Positions 28,575 through 37,785 of a stretch of DNA of 64,000 bases are shown here, in pieces. Each line of letters opens with the position of its first letter. Positions within the stretch are counted from its first letter, which is position 1. Below the pieces are notes generated by a model that ran no database searches, had not been told where the DNA came from, and worked only from the letters and a program-made list of their open reading frames with translations. The stretch comes from a bacterium (GTDB lineage: Bacteria; Krumholzibacteriota; Krumholzibacteriia; LZORAL124-64-63). Position numbers and translations under genes: made by a program. Location: positions 205,520 through 269,519 of the forward strand of contig JADJCK010000004.1 in NCBI GenBank assembly GCA_016703265.1, written 5' to 3'.

Positions 28575-29013
28575 CGCGCCACTCCTCGACTGCGAAGCCA
28601 CCCCTCGGCACCTGTGAGACATACCATAGTTGCGTGAAACCCTCGGCAAGGCTTGGCAGCCTCAGCCGCCCAGCCGTGCCCCGGACGGCCGCGTCCGGCA
28701 CGCGTTCAGGGCCGGAACGGAGCCGGTTGCGCTCCAGACAATCGGTGACCACGCTTCGGAAATAGTACCCCACAACCTCGTAACCCGCGGCCAGAGCCGG
28801 CACGATAAAGCGCGCGCGTTCCGCGATGCTCGCATTCGTGTTGTCGACGACAAAAGGCCGACGCTCGAGGATACATGCCTCCAACAGCGTCGCTTCGCGA
28901 CGTCTCGTGCGCAGCGAGTCGAGATTCAAGCGCACGTGGGTGTCGGCGAAGCGCTGCTGGCAGAACGTCGACTTTCCGGCAGCGGGAAGGCCGATGAGAA
29001 TAACTGCATGCAT
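28555..29013 (-). CDS. P-loop kinase (polynucleotide-kinase-like) partnered with the Thg1-like gene
   Basis: Walker A GLPAAGKST at the N-terminus. 152 aa. 20-nt overlap with the downstream Thg1-like start. Confidence 0.6.
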   Translation of the reverse strand: MHAVILIGLPAAGKSTFCQQRFADTHVRLNLDSLRTRRREATLLEACILERRPFVVDNTNASIAERARFIVPALAAGYEVVGYYFRSVVTDCLERNRLRSGPERVPDAAVRGTAGRLRLPSLAEGFTQLWYVSQVPRGGFAVEEWRDEVHGS

Positions 29014-29325
29014 GTGTCTTCATCACCCGGTCGGATCCTGAACGGCACGGTGGCCCCTGAATCCTGGTGGCGAGCGACGGCCTCATCAGAGTCCGCTGCG
29101 CGATGTACGTCCCGTCCACATGTTGTCAAACATGCGGATGGAATTCAACTGCGAACAACCGAACGATCGACGGAAACACCGCGGGACTGCGGAATCCGGT
29201 TTCCCGGGAACCGCGCCGTCCTCTACAATGGGGGCCGATCGGAACCTGACGGCGGTTCGACGTCGACTTCGTCCCGGCGCCGCGGGCTTTGCGAGCCGGG
29301 TCGTCCTCAAACGGGAGTACGTGAA

Positions 29326-30336
29326 GTGAGCCTGAGCTGCACCGTCCTGGGCGCCCCCGGCAAGGACAACGCCCTGCTGGTGACCGTCGACACCGGCCAA
29401 TCTGTCCACAGGCTGCTATTCGACTGCGGGGACGGGTGTTTGACCGGTCTGCCGATAGCCGACATTCTCGCGATTGACCACTTGTTCCTGTCGCATCTGC
29501 ACATGGACCACATTGCCGGCTTCGACACGTTTTTCCGATGCACCTTCGATCGCTCCAGTCGGCCCAATCGGGCGTGGGGCCCGCCTGGAACCGCGCGCAT
29601 TCTCCAACACCGGTTCCAGGGCTTCCTGTGGAACCTGCACGAGCAGATGCAGGGCACCTGGCGTGTCACCGACATCGGCCCCGAATGCCTGCACACGGCA
29701 CGCTTCGAACTGGGTGAGGCGTTCGCCGCGCTTCACGACGACTGCATGGAGGAGCGGTCCGCGGTCGTTCTGGACCATCCTCAGTTCACCGTCGAAGCCA
29801 TTGCCATGGAGCACCGCACCACCACTTTGGCTTACATCGTGCGCGAGAAGCCACGCCGCAACATCGACGTCACGCGTCTTGGCGCGCTCGGCTTGCAGCC
29901 TGGCCCATGGCTGAAGCAACTGAAGGAAGCGATCGATCCGGATTCGACCATTGTTGTCGAAGGAGTTGCGCATACCGCCGGCACACTTGCCGAGTCACTT
30001 GTCAGCGAAACTCCAGGCGATTCCGTTGCCTATCTGACGGACTTTCTTCTCGACGACCAGGCGATGGATGCTCTCGTGCCGCGGCTGCGCGAATGCAACA
30101 CCGTCGTCTGTGAGGCGCAGTACAGGCACGCGGATCTGGACCTTGCGCATCGCCATTTCCATATGACCACCGTCTTGTCCGCAACGTTGGCACAACGAGC
30201 AGCCGTCCGGGAGTTGGTACTCTTTCATCTGTCGGAGCGATATTCGCGAAGCGAATGGCTGGATATGTTGAACGAGGCGCGGGCCGTGTTTCCCAGGACG
30301 CGGTTCGCGGATTCCTGGCGCCTGGATGCCGACTAG
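29326..30336 (+). CDS. metallo-beta-lactamase-fold hydrolase, RNase Z/RNase BN-like
   Basis: GTG at 29326 with GGGAG Shine-Dalgarno. HxHxDH motif LFLSHLHMDHIAGF. Divergent from the kinase/Thg1-like pair. Confidence 0.7.
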   Translation: MSLSCTVLGAPGKDNALLVTVDTGQSVHRLLFDCGDGCLTGLPIADILAIDHLFLSHLHMDHIAGFDTFFRCTFDRSSRPNRAWGPPGTARILQHRFQGFLWNLHEQMQGTWRVTDIGPECLHTARFELGEAFAALHDDCMEERSAVVLDHPQFTVEAIAMEHRTTTLAYIVREKPRRNIDVTRLGALGLQPGPWLKQLKEAIDPDSTIVVEGVAHTAGTLAESLVSETPGDSVAYLTDFLLDDQAMDALVPRLRECNTVVCEAQYRHADLDLAHRHFHMTTVLSATLAQRAAVRELVLFHLSERYSRSEWLDMLNEARAVFPRTRFADSWRLDAD

Positions 30337-30390
30337 GGTGGCTACTGTCAGGCAGCGCGCCCGCGTGGCCGGAAGTTCAGCCCCTGGCGG

Positions 30391-30978
30391 CTAATCGGGC
30401 GCTTTCCCGGCAGCTTTGCCACTCGACTCCCTGAGCGCGCGCCACTCGTCCGCCAGCACGTCGAGATACACCATGTCGCACCATTCGCCTCGCATGAACG
30501 CTGCCTGGCGCAGCACACTTCCGCGGCGATAACCCTGCTTCTCGAGAGCGCGAAGCGAGGCGTGGTTGTCGGCCAGCACCTCAGCCCACAAACTATGTAG
30601 TCCGAGCTCGCCGAATGCGTAATCCATCATCAGGTTCTTGGCTGCCGTGCCGAATCCCCGGCTGCGGTACTCCGGCGGGCCGATCACGATGCCCGTCATC
30701 GCACGGCGACGAATCCAGTCAATGGCATGCAGGCCTGCCGTCCCGATCAGGATTTGATTGTCGCCATCCGGAATAGTGATGCCCAGAACCACATCTCGAC
30801 GATCGGCGCCCGCCGTCGAATGCGACTGCAGCCATGCCGTCTCGTCGCCAGCCGTGATGGGGAATCTGACGGAGAGAAAGCGCCTCAGCTCAGGACTGTT
30901 CAGCCAAACAACCAATTGTTCGGCGTCGCTGGGCTCGAGTGTGCGCAGATTCACGGCTTCGCCGCTTAGAAACACCAC
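30391..30978 (-). CDS. GNAT family N-acetyltransferase (RimJ/RimL-like)
   Basis: 195-aa ORF with acetyl-CoA-binding region (HASLRALEKQGYRR). Confidence 0.65.
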   Translation of the reverse strand: MVFLSGEAVNLRTLEPSDAEQLVVWLNSPELRRFLSVRFPITAGDETAWLQSHSTAGADRRDVVLGITIPDGDNQILIGTAGLHAIDWIRRRAMTGIVIGPPEYRSRGFGTAAKNLMMDYAFGELGLHSLWAEVLADNHASLRALEKQGYRRGSVLRQAAFMRGEWCDMVYLDVLADEWRALRESSGKAAGKAPD

Positions 30979-31125
30979 CGCGTGTCCCCCTCCGTGTTCT
31001 CGGCCATGTTGGCCCCGAAGGCGCGCTCAGCTCTTGCGCCGTCGCGCGGTCTCCGGCGGTACGGATTGTACGGCTTGAACTCCGTCGCGGTCAACCTCTC
31101 CGGAACAGACGCGACCGTGCGAACC

Positions 31126-31617
31126 CTATCCCAGCAAGCGTTCGTAGACTTCAAGATCTCGCGCCGAGAAGCAGCAGAACTGCACCTCTTCGATGCCCTG
31201 TGGTGCCGAGCGGACCGTCGCGATGGCCGTTGCAGCCGCCTCTTCTATCGGATAGCCGAAGATGCCCGTGCTGATGCTGGGGAACGCAAGCGTCCTGATC
31301 CCATTCGCGACGGCGACCTCCATCGAGCGGCGGTAGCATGACGCCAACAGATCCGGCTCACCATGGGTACCGCCGCGCCACACCGGTCCGACGGTATGAA
31401 TGATGAAGCTCGCGGGAATCCTGTAGCCACGTGTGATCTTCGCATCTCCCGTTCGGCAGCCGCCCAGCAGCCTGCACTCGTGCACCAGTTCTGGACCTGC
31501 CGCACGGTGAATGGCACCATCGACGCCACCACCACCCAGCAGCGACGAGTTTGCAGCGTTGACGATCGCCTCTACAGGTACCTTCGTGATGTCGGCCTTA
31601 ACGGCCCGGATGATCAT
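31126..31617 (-). CDS. macrodomain protein (MacroD/YmdB-like ADP-ribose-binding hydrolase)
   Basis: [25 protein letters not shown] and [12 protein letters not shown] motifs. ATG at 31617 ([12 protein letters not shown]). Confidence 0.8.
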   Translation of the reverse strand: MIIRAVKADITKVPVEAIVNAANSSLLGGGGVDGAIHRAAGPELVHECRLLGGCRTGDAKITRGYRIPASFIIHTVGPVWRGGTHGEPDLLASCYRRSMEVAVANGIRTLAFPSISTGIFGYPIEEAAATAIATVRSAPQGIEEVQFCCFSARDLEVYERLLG

Positions 31618-31683
31618 GGCGTCTCCAGTTCGGGCTCTCAAGCGTGCCGCGCGACACAGATCCGCAGTCTCCAGCCAAGCCCA

Positions 31684-32325
31684 TCAATCGACGGCCAACT
31701 GCAATCGGCCGGCGATCGCCGGATCACGGGGGCGGTACACACGTTCGCGTGGGGCCTGAAGCCCGGCCACCCCGGCGACCGCAAGTCGGGCTCGTTGGTC
31801 GGCCACGAATCCCGACACATCCATGACCTCGATCAATTCGTTGCACCCGTATGACTTCAGAACGCGTCCGCGCAGGCCCAACTGGACAGCTCTTCGTGGC
31901 AAGCGGGCGCCGAATGGGTGATGATCTGGGTCCCATCGCAGCCTTACCTCTGACGTCTTCAGCGCGCGGGACCATTCGCCTTCCGTGGCGAACTCGCCAC
32001 AATCCCACAACGAGGGCACCGCCTGGGCCAACAACGAGTCAAAAAACACCTGTCGTATGCGCAATGCCAGGACGGTTTCCTGCCCGACTTTGGTGCCCCA
32101 TCCGGAGCGATACATCATCCACAGGAAATTCGGCTTCACCCAGCTCATTCGTGAATAGCTGAAGCCGGGTCCGAATGTCCCGTGTTCGGCGGCATATTGA
32201 CCAGTCGGCGATCGGAATGCCTGATAGACGATGATTGTGTCGTCGTCGTACTGGGCGAGTATGTGGCGCCCTTCCGCGGGCCACAGCTTCACCTGCTCCA
32301 GATAGGATTCGGTTTCCAGATTCAT
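31684..32325 (-). CDS. DUF4291-like protein
   Basis: ATG at 32325 (MNLETESYLEQVKLWP). Conserved block TIIVYQAF...YSRMSWVKPNFLWMMYRSGWGTKVGQE...LRWDPD. Confidence 0.55.
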   Translation of the reverse strand: MNLETESYLEQVKLWPAEGRHILAQYDDDTIIVYQAFRSPTGQYAAEHGTFGPGFSYSRMSWVKPNFLWMMYRSGWGTKVGQETVLALRIRQVFFDSLLAQAVPSLWDCGEFATEGEWSRALKTSEVRLRWDPDHHPFGARLPRRAVQLGLRGRVLKSYGCNELIEVMDVSGFVADQRARLAVAGVAGLQAPRERVYRPRDPAIAGRLQLAVD

Positions 32326-32359
32326 TCGTCTCACCTTGGGCCCTCGCGCAGACTCTCGA

Positions 32360-32902
32360 CTACGGCAGCTTGTTGGGCGATTCAGCGGGCGCCGGTGGCG
32401 CCTCCAGAGGCATAAGACCCAGATCCGCCTCGACAACTTCCGCATACTCCACGAGCGTTGCGATCACTTCACAATAGGCATCGAGAGCGCCGGTGGCCAT
32501 GCTCTGCGCTCGCCGCAGCAGGTCGTCTTCGGCTGCCGCCAAGCGTGCGTCGGCGTCCCGCAGACTTTTCAGCATGACTCCGGTAACGCCATGTTCTGCC
32601 GTGAGTACCGCGACGATGGTCGCCAACTTGCCGAACTGATCGACGATTGCTGAGGCGTGGAGATTCACGCGCTCCGATGTGACATCCGTCCACGTGGCGC
32701 CCCTGGCCGACACCAGATCGGTCATGGCTTCCACGCGTTCGCTGATTTCCCGGCTCGGCGCCAATATGCGCTTGAGGCTCTGTGCGTCCGCTGCCAGGGC
32801 GGCCATGGCCGCGGAGGTGTCACTCCGCAGTGCCGATTGCAGCTGGCAGGACTCGAGCGCGGTCCCGAACAGGACACATGTTGTCAGCCGGGCTGACATG
32901 GC
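32360..32902 (-). CDS. hypothetical helical protein
   Basis: ORF 32360..33070; start uncertain (MSARL at 32902 avoids overlap with the upstream gene). Confidence 0.4.
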   Translation of the reverse strand, partial: AMSARLTTCVLFGTALESCQLQSALRSDTSAAMAALAADAQSLKRILAPSREISERVEAMTDLVSARGATWTDVTSERVNLHASAIVDQFGKLATIVAVLTAEHGVTGVMLKSLRDADARLAAAEDDLLRRAQSMATGALDAYCEVIATLVEYAEVVEADLGLMPLEAPPAPAESPNKLP

Positions 32903-32943
32903 GTCGACAGGCGCTGCTTCACCGCGGCGGATCGCCTCCTGGA

Positions 32944-34440
32944 TCAGATCGCGCGCGGCGACCAGGTCGGCTCGTGCCGCCTGCTCGGAGACTGGATCCC
33001 GTTCCGCAGGTACCTGAATTTCAAGGCCGACCAGGGAACAACCCGTCGGCATGTACCTCGCCAGGCACACCGGCGTGCGGCCGAACGCTCCTTGCGGTTC
33101 AGGTACTCGCTCAAGGGCTCGATCGTTTCCGGGCTGGGCGCGGCGCCCAGCCCGGACGCGTAGAACACCTGACTGGCCGCGACATGCACCGCATTCGGCC
33201 TGCTCAGCAAGGTACTGGCGGCGGCATTGCCGGCGATGACGCCCTCACCGCCAAGTTGTTCCGCTGCGGCGATGCGATCGGCTTCACACTGATGTGTCGC
33301 GCGAGGCTCCGTCCGTGTCGCCAGAACTTCGCTCCAGCGCTCGGCGAAGGTCGCCTGGTCAAGACGCGACGCCTCGACGGCAATCAACTCGCCAACGGAG
33401 TCTGGAAGGACTCCGCGGCGCAGGAAGTGCGACAATTCAGCCTCGACAACGGATCTTCCCGAAGCCAATTCGTGCAGCCGCCGCGCGGTTGCCGCGAACT
33501 CGTTGCTGCCGGCCACCAGGGTCTCGTAGCGATCCGCATCGAACTCCATCTGGCGCAACTGGAACGAACTGATGAGCACGCCGACTTCCATAAGCAGGCG
33601 CAGGATCGCACGCGAGATCCACACCATGCCACGAGCAGCCCAGCAAACCACAACCAACGTCACATGTTGCGAGCCGACCCCGTTGTCGAGCCACTCGTCC
33701 AGGCGATCCCGCTGGTACACGACCCGCGAGAACCACCAGTTGACAGAGCGAATCACGTACGAGACACGCATCGCGCCGCCTTGTGCGAAATGGCCCAACT
33801 CATGCGCCATGACGCCGGTGAGTTGCCGCAGGGACATGCCGGCCAGGAGCGGCGTTCCGATCGTCAGCACAAGGTCGTTACCAATGAAGCTGAACATGCC
33901 GCGGCGGAATGCGGCCGAGGCATTGACGTCGCAGTTCACTCGTATCTCGCGCGGTCTCGGCGCTTGTAGCGTGTCGGCGAGACGGTTCACGTGGGCATGC
34001 AGTTCCGGTTCTGCAATGGGGTCGAGCACCACATGATCGGCCCGGTAAGCGGCACGGCTGAAGAGCGGCTTGATCAGAAAGAGCCAGGTAATGCTCCCGA
34101 CGATGAGCGGGCCAAGGTAAAATGTGAGTTGGAGACGGCCCATGCCGTGGTCGAAGATCGCCAATCCACGAACGGCGTGCGTGGCGATCAGCCACGCCAG
34201 TGCAGCCAGCAGGCCCACGTACAGCATGGGCAGTAGAATCATGCCCGCCGCCACGATTGTCGTGCCCAGGTTGTAGCGCGCCGGGCGGCGAGGCCGATTG
34301 ATGGCGTTGGTCGTCCAGACCGTCGCTACCGCGATGGGTTCCTCTGCAACGGGGCTTTGCACAGTGAATTCCTTGGTTGAAGAACCAGACGCACGCGCGA
34401 GTGGCAGGACACACCGCCCGCGTACGATCTCGAAGATCAT
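32944..34440 (-). CDS. M48/M56-type membrane zinc metalloprotease
   Basis: TM helices, then HELGH with a downstream EFDADRYE third-ligand motif. ORF extends to 34581; ATG at 34440 (MLTKTD) is preferred. Confidence 0.65.
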   Translation of the reverse strand: MIFEIVRGRCVLPLARASGSSTKEFTVQSPVAEEPIAVATVWTTNAINRPRRPARYNLGTTIVAAGMILLPMLYVGLLAALAWLIATHAVRGLAIFDHGMGRLQLTFYLGPLIVGSITWLFLIKPLFSRAAYRADHVVLDPIAEPELHAHVNRLADTLQAPRPREIRVNCDVNASAAFRRGMFSFIGNDLVLTIGTPLLAGMSLRQLTGVMAHELGHFAQGGAMRVSYVIRSVNWWFSRVVYQRDRLDEWLDNGVGSQHVTLVVVCWAARGMVWISRAILRLLMEVGVLISSFQLRQMEFDADRYETLVAGSNEFAATARRLHELASGRSVVEAELSHFLRRGVLPDSVGELIAVEASRLDQATFAERWSEVLATRTEPRATHQCEADRIAAAEQLGGEGVIAGNAAASTLLSRPNAVHVAASQVFYASGLGAAPSPETIEPLSEYLNRKERSAARRCAWRGTCRRVVPWSALKFRYLRNGIQSPSRRHEPTWSPRAI

Positions 34441-34603
34441 CATGTCGGTCTTCGTCAGCATCTGTGACAAAAAGCGCGAACCGCAGCCAGGACCGGCAAC
34501 GTTGACCTCCCTTTCCGCACAACAACGGACCCGCAGTCGCGATAACGACGCTATCGCCGAAGGAGACCGCGCAGAATTCATGAGGCTGTGCGCGGTTTGT
34601 CCT

Positions 34604-34638
34604 TGACAACGGTCGGAGAGACTTGTAACATCCCCGCC
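34604..34638 (+). promoter_or_regulatory. candidate sigma70 promoter TTGACA-N17-TAACAT
   Basis: TTGACA at 34604-34609, 17-nt spacer, then TAACAT. Oriented toward the leader ORF and the tRNA-Arg genes. Confidence 0.4.
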
Positions 34639-34673
34639 GTTACAAAAACGCGCAACGCTTCAGGGAAGGAGGA

Positions 34674-34763
34674 ATGGACATGTTCGGGCAAGCCAGACTG
34701 CGAAGTTCGCATATGTCGATTCCCTCACTGGGCTTTGCCGCGGTGTCGGCGGGAGTTGGATGA
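34674..34763 (+). CDS. 29-codon leader-like small ORF with AAGGAGG Shine-Dalgarno
   Basis: agggaaggaggaATGgac; encodes MDMFGQARLRSSHMSIPSLGFAAVSAGVG; contains the rare Arg codons AGA and CGA. Confidence 0.35.
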   Translation: MDMFGQARLRSSHMSIPSLGFAAVSAGVG

Positions 34764-34801
34764 TCTCATCCGGCCACGCCAACAGCATTCCGCCCGCGAA
34801 G

Positions 34802-34830
34802 CCCTTGGGAAACCGAGGGTTTTTTGTTTT
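34802..34830 (+). terminator. intrinsic terminator-like hairpin CCCTTG-GGAAAC-CGAGGG followed by TTTTTTGTTTT
   Basis: 6-bp stem (one G.U), 6-nt loop, 11-nt T-rich tract ending 1 nt before the tRNA. Confidence 0.5.
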
Positions 34831-34831
34831 C

Positions 34832-34908
34832 GGGCCCGTAGCTCAGTTGGATAGAGCGCCTGGTTCCGAACCAGGAGGCCGGGGGTTCGAGCCCCTCTGG
34901 GCCCACCA
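34832..34908 (+). tRNA. tRNA-Arg (anticodon CCG), CCA encoded
   Basis: Cloverleaf read by eye: acceptor GGGCCCG/TGGGCCC, D arm GCTC-AGTTGGATA-GAGC, anticodon arm CCTGG-TTCCGAA-CCAGG, T arm GGGGG-TTCGAGC-CCCTC, discriminator A plus CCA. Confidence 0.85.
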
Positions 34909-34912
34909 GATC

Positions 34913-34992
34913 GCGAGCCTGTATGCTCAACTGGATAGAGCGCCTGATTACGAATCAGGAGGTTGGGGGTTCGAGCCCCTCCAGGCTCGCCA
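34913..34992 (+). tRNA. tRNA-Arg (anticodon ACG), CCA encoded; one-nucleotide irregularity at the acceptor/D-arm junction
   Basis: Anticodon arm CCTGA-TTACGAA-TCAGG, D arm GCTC-AACTGGATA-GAGC, T arm GGGGG-TTCGAGC-CCCTC, acceptor 3' strand CAGGCTC-G-CCA. The 5' side (GCGAGCCTGTAT) has one extra nucleotide relative to a canonical 7+2 layout. Confidence 0.7.
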
Positions 34993-35034
34993 AGAGCATC
35001 GCCGCAAGTTCAAGCAACCAAGGAAGCAAGGCTG

Positions 35035-36201
35035 TTGAAGCAATCAAACGAATCCGACCGCGATGAGGCAGCAAGGGCCCCCGTCGCGACCTGGCTGAGC
35101 GAGCGGATGCCTGAGCCCGTATCGCGGGCCATCGCAAGACTGTCGACCTGCGACGATGTGGTGAAGATCGCCGTGATGCCGGATGTGCACCTGGCTGCGG
35201 ACGTCTGCAACGGAGTCGTCGTGGCGACGCGGGAGCGACTCTATCCGCAAGCTGTCGGTGGGGATATCGGCTGCGGCATGACCGCACTGCGGCTTGACGG
35301 CAGCGCAGGTCTCTTGCGCTCCCGGCATCAGGCGCAGCAGATACTGAAGGGGCTTGAGACGGCCGTGCCGATCGAACGTCATTCGCGGGCCACCGTCGCC
35401 GATGAACTGCCCGGCGATCTGCGCGACCAGCCCCTGAGCGATCCTGCAATGGCGCTGCAGGCCGCGCGCACGGGCCTGTTCCAGCTGGGTACGCTGGGGC
35501 GTGGCAACCATTTCCTGGAGATCCAGGCCGACGACCAGGACCAGCTCTGGCTGATGGTCCACAGTGGCTCGCGGGGTCTTGGTCAGGCGATTGCGATGCG
35601 GCATCTGGCGCGCGCGGAGGATTCCGGTCGCGGCCTGCGCTCGCTGGACGCGGGCAGCGACGACGGCAAGGCCTACCTGAACGACATGGACTGGGCGGTC
35701 CGCTACGCCAGCCGGAGCCGACTGGCCATGGCTCGCGCGGCGGCTCACCTGCTCGAAGCGGTACTCGGCGCTCCGGCGGTCGAGAACTCGCTTGTCGACA
35801 CCCCGCACAACCTGGTTCGCCAGGAGAACGTGGCCGGGCAGCAGCTCTGGATCCACCGCAAGGGCGCCATGGGCGCCCGGGAGGGAGAGCCCGGGGTGAT
35901 TCCCGGGGCCATGGGCGCCATCAGCTACCATGTCACCGGACGCGGCAGCGAGGAAGCGCTGAACTCGTGCTCGCACGGGGCGGGTCGCGCCATGAGCCGA
36001 ACGGAGGCGCGGCGGCGGATCACGCGACGCGATTTCGAGCGCCAGGTGGGAGACCTGTGGTACGACGAACGCCGCGCCAACGATCTCCGTGAGGAATCTC
36101 CGGGCGCCTACAAGGACCTCCGCCTCGTAATGAAGGCACAGGCCGATCTCGTGCGTATCGACCGCCGCTTGCGGGGCGTGCTGACCTACAAGGGGATCTG
36201 A
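35035..36201 (+). CDS. rtcB: RNA ligase RtcB (3'-phosphate/5'-hydroxyl RNA ligase)
   Basis: APVATW...IAVMPDVHLAADV, GGDIGCGM, GRGNHFLEIQ, HRKGA motifs. TTG at 35035 gives the N-terminal spacing expected before the MPDVH block; ATG at 35107 is the alternative start. Confidence 0.85.
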   Translation: MKQSNESDRDEAARAPVATWLSERMPEPVSRAIARLSTCDDVVKIAVMPDVHLAADVCNGVVVATRERLYPQAVGGDIGCGMTALRLDGSAGLLRSRHQAQQILKGLETAVPIERHSRATVADELPGDLRDQPLSDPAMALQAARTGLFQLGTLGRGNHFLEIQADDQDQLWLMVHSGSRGLGQAIAMRHLARAEDSGRGLRSLDAGSDDGKAYLNDMDWAVRYASRSRLAMARAAAHLLEAVLGAPAVENSLVDTPHNLVRQENVAGQQLWIHRKGAMGAREGEPGVIPGAMGAISYHVTGRGSEEALNSCSHGAGRAMSRTEARRRITRRDFERQVGDLWYDERRANDLREESPGAYKDLRLVMKAQADLVRIDRRLRGVLTYKGI

Positions 36202-36412
36202 CGCCCCAAACGCTGTCGGTCACACTGCGAAAGCCGCGCCACTGCGGAAATCGCGGATTGACCAGCGAAAGGGCTCCGTGGGATCATGGCATCGTTTGAT
36301 GCGGTTCCGGGCTGGGGGCGGGATGCGATCTTGTGAGCTAGCTTCGACTTGATCTGACAGATCGTGCTCCAAAGAACAAACGATCTTTCAGGTCCAGTTG
36401 CCGCTGTCTCAA

Positions 36413-37183
36413 CTAGCGCCCCTCTTGGCTTCGCACCCAGGCCTCGTCCTCCTCGGTGGCGTGCTGCCATAGAGAGGTCAGCCCCCACCACTTGATCCCG
36501 CCCCCGCGCGAGTCCGAACCGGCACACACACCAGGAATGCCGTCAGCGCCGCAGTACGTCACTTCGACATTCCACGCCTTCGTTGCATCTGCGATACGTA
36601 GGGCCTCGTCCAGATCCTGGATGTGCTCCGAGACCGTGATGTACGGCTTGCTTCTTCCTTCCTGTCGGCTCACCGTGAAGCTTCCTCCGATCCGTTCCAC
36701 CATCAGCTTGTCCAGGTTCTTGCCGCGTTGCTCGCCTGCGCCTTCATCCGTTCCCTTGCAATCCCCGCAGACGCGATCAAGAGAGGTCCGCGTGACCCGA
36801 CGACGGCAGTACCCGCACCGCTGGGGGTCGCTGCTCCAGTATCCCGTTTGGGGAAATTCCTCTCGTGACGCGCGCCACTCGACCATGCTCGGATGGTCCT
36901 CGGGGAGCCACGAGCCTTCACCATCTGTTGGTGACTCAGGGCAATTTCCGTGCAGGTAGCCCAAGATCCAGTATTCGGACTCACGTGAGCAGGACATGAT
37001 CTCTGCCTTCGAGATCCGGGTGAACCCCTCCTTCGAAGGGCAGTACACCTCAATGCGTCCCGGATGTGTGTAGGGATTCCCCACCAGGTAGTGCCGAGCC
37101 GTCCCGCAAGTATCATTGATTTCCACCCACAGGCAGTCGTCAATCTCATACTCCGCATCCGATGCCGATAAGCGAACCTTCAC
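36413..37183 (-). CDS. zinc-ribbon protein of unknown function, paralog A, last gene of the rtcB2-prfH operon
   Basis: 256 aa. HYLVGNPYTHPGRIEVYCP...YWILGYLHG...CGYCRRR...CGDC. Clear paralog of 54880..55632 (HYLVGNAFTFPGRILVWCP...YWIAGFLHG...CEMCRKR...CATC). Confidence 0.6.
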   Translation of the reverse strand: MKVRLSASDAEYEIDDCLWVEINDTCGTARHYLVGNPYTHPGRIEVYCPSKEGFTRISKAEIMSCSRESEYWILGYLHGNCPESPTDGEGSWLPEDHPSMVEWRASREEFPQTGYWSSDPQRCGYCRRRVTRTSLDRVCGDCKGTDEGAGEQRGKNLDKLMVERIGGSFTVSRQEGRSKPYITVSEHIQDLDEALRIADATKAWNVEVTYCGADGIPGVCAGSDSRGGGIKWWGLTSLWQHATEEDEAWVRSQEGR

Positions 37184-37244
37184 GTCTGATCTCCCTTCCG
37201 GACCCCGCGCACTCGGAAACAGGTGGTAACGCCCAGGACTGGAT

Positions 37245-37712
37245 TCACATGACGCTCATTCGAATCGCGTGACACAACTTCACGATCTGCGCATCCTCAA
37301 GATCAATATCAAGCTGGCGCAGGCGACGACGTCCCAACCGTCGATCCAGCATTGCGAACGCACGGATCAGGTCGTCTTCTGAATGAAGTGCCTCGTCGAT
37401 GTTGCAAGTCAGATATTCCTCGACGGCACGGATGAACTCTTCTTCGTCGTAGACATCCTGCTCGGCCACTTCATCATGCGTGTATCTGGCATTCAGCTTC
37501 TTGTAGTACCCGGCGCCGAATACCTTCTCGCCGTCAAGGGTGATCCAGGCCTCGCCGACGTCGTCGTGCGCGCCGCGATATGAAGTCACGTAGATGTCGA
37601 CCCGCTTGCTGAGCTCTGGGCACAGCATGCTCTTGAAGCTCTTTCTCTTGCCGGACCAATTCATCGCTTGCACAATCTCCTTGTTCACTCGTCGCGAGGC
37701 GGGCTCGTTCAC
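37245..37712 (-). CDS. hypothetical protein (155 aa), within the rtcB2-prfH operon
   Basis: ORF with compact intergenic spacing (62-74 nt) to its neighbours. No motif recognised. Confidence 0.5.
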   Translation of the reverse strand: MNEPASRRVNKEIVQAMNWSGKRKSFKSMLCPELSKRVDIYVTSYRGAHDDVGEAWITLDGEKVFGAGYYKKLNARYTHDEVAEQDVYDEEEFIRAVEEYLTCNIDEALHSEDDLIRAFAMLDRRLGRRRLRQLDIDLEDAQIVKLCHAIRMSVM

Positions 37713-37785
37713 TTTCGCGATACTGTCGCATCGGAATTGCGGGCGAGGCGTACTCGCTGCAGCCCAACAAAGAAGTCACAAAGCC

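Noticed and set aside
32782-33969. 395-aa +strand ORF antisense to the M48 peptidase gene
   Set aside because: The minus strand carries HELGH and TM helices; the + frame is Arg/Pro-rich nonsense.
35044-35976. 310-aa ORF antisense to rtcB
   Set aside because: RtcB motifs are unambiguous on the + strand.
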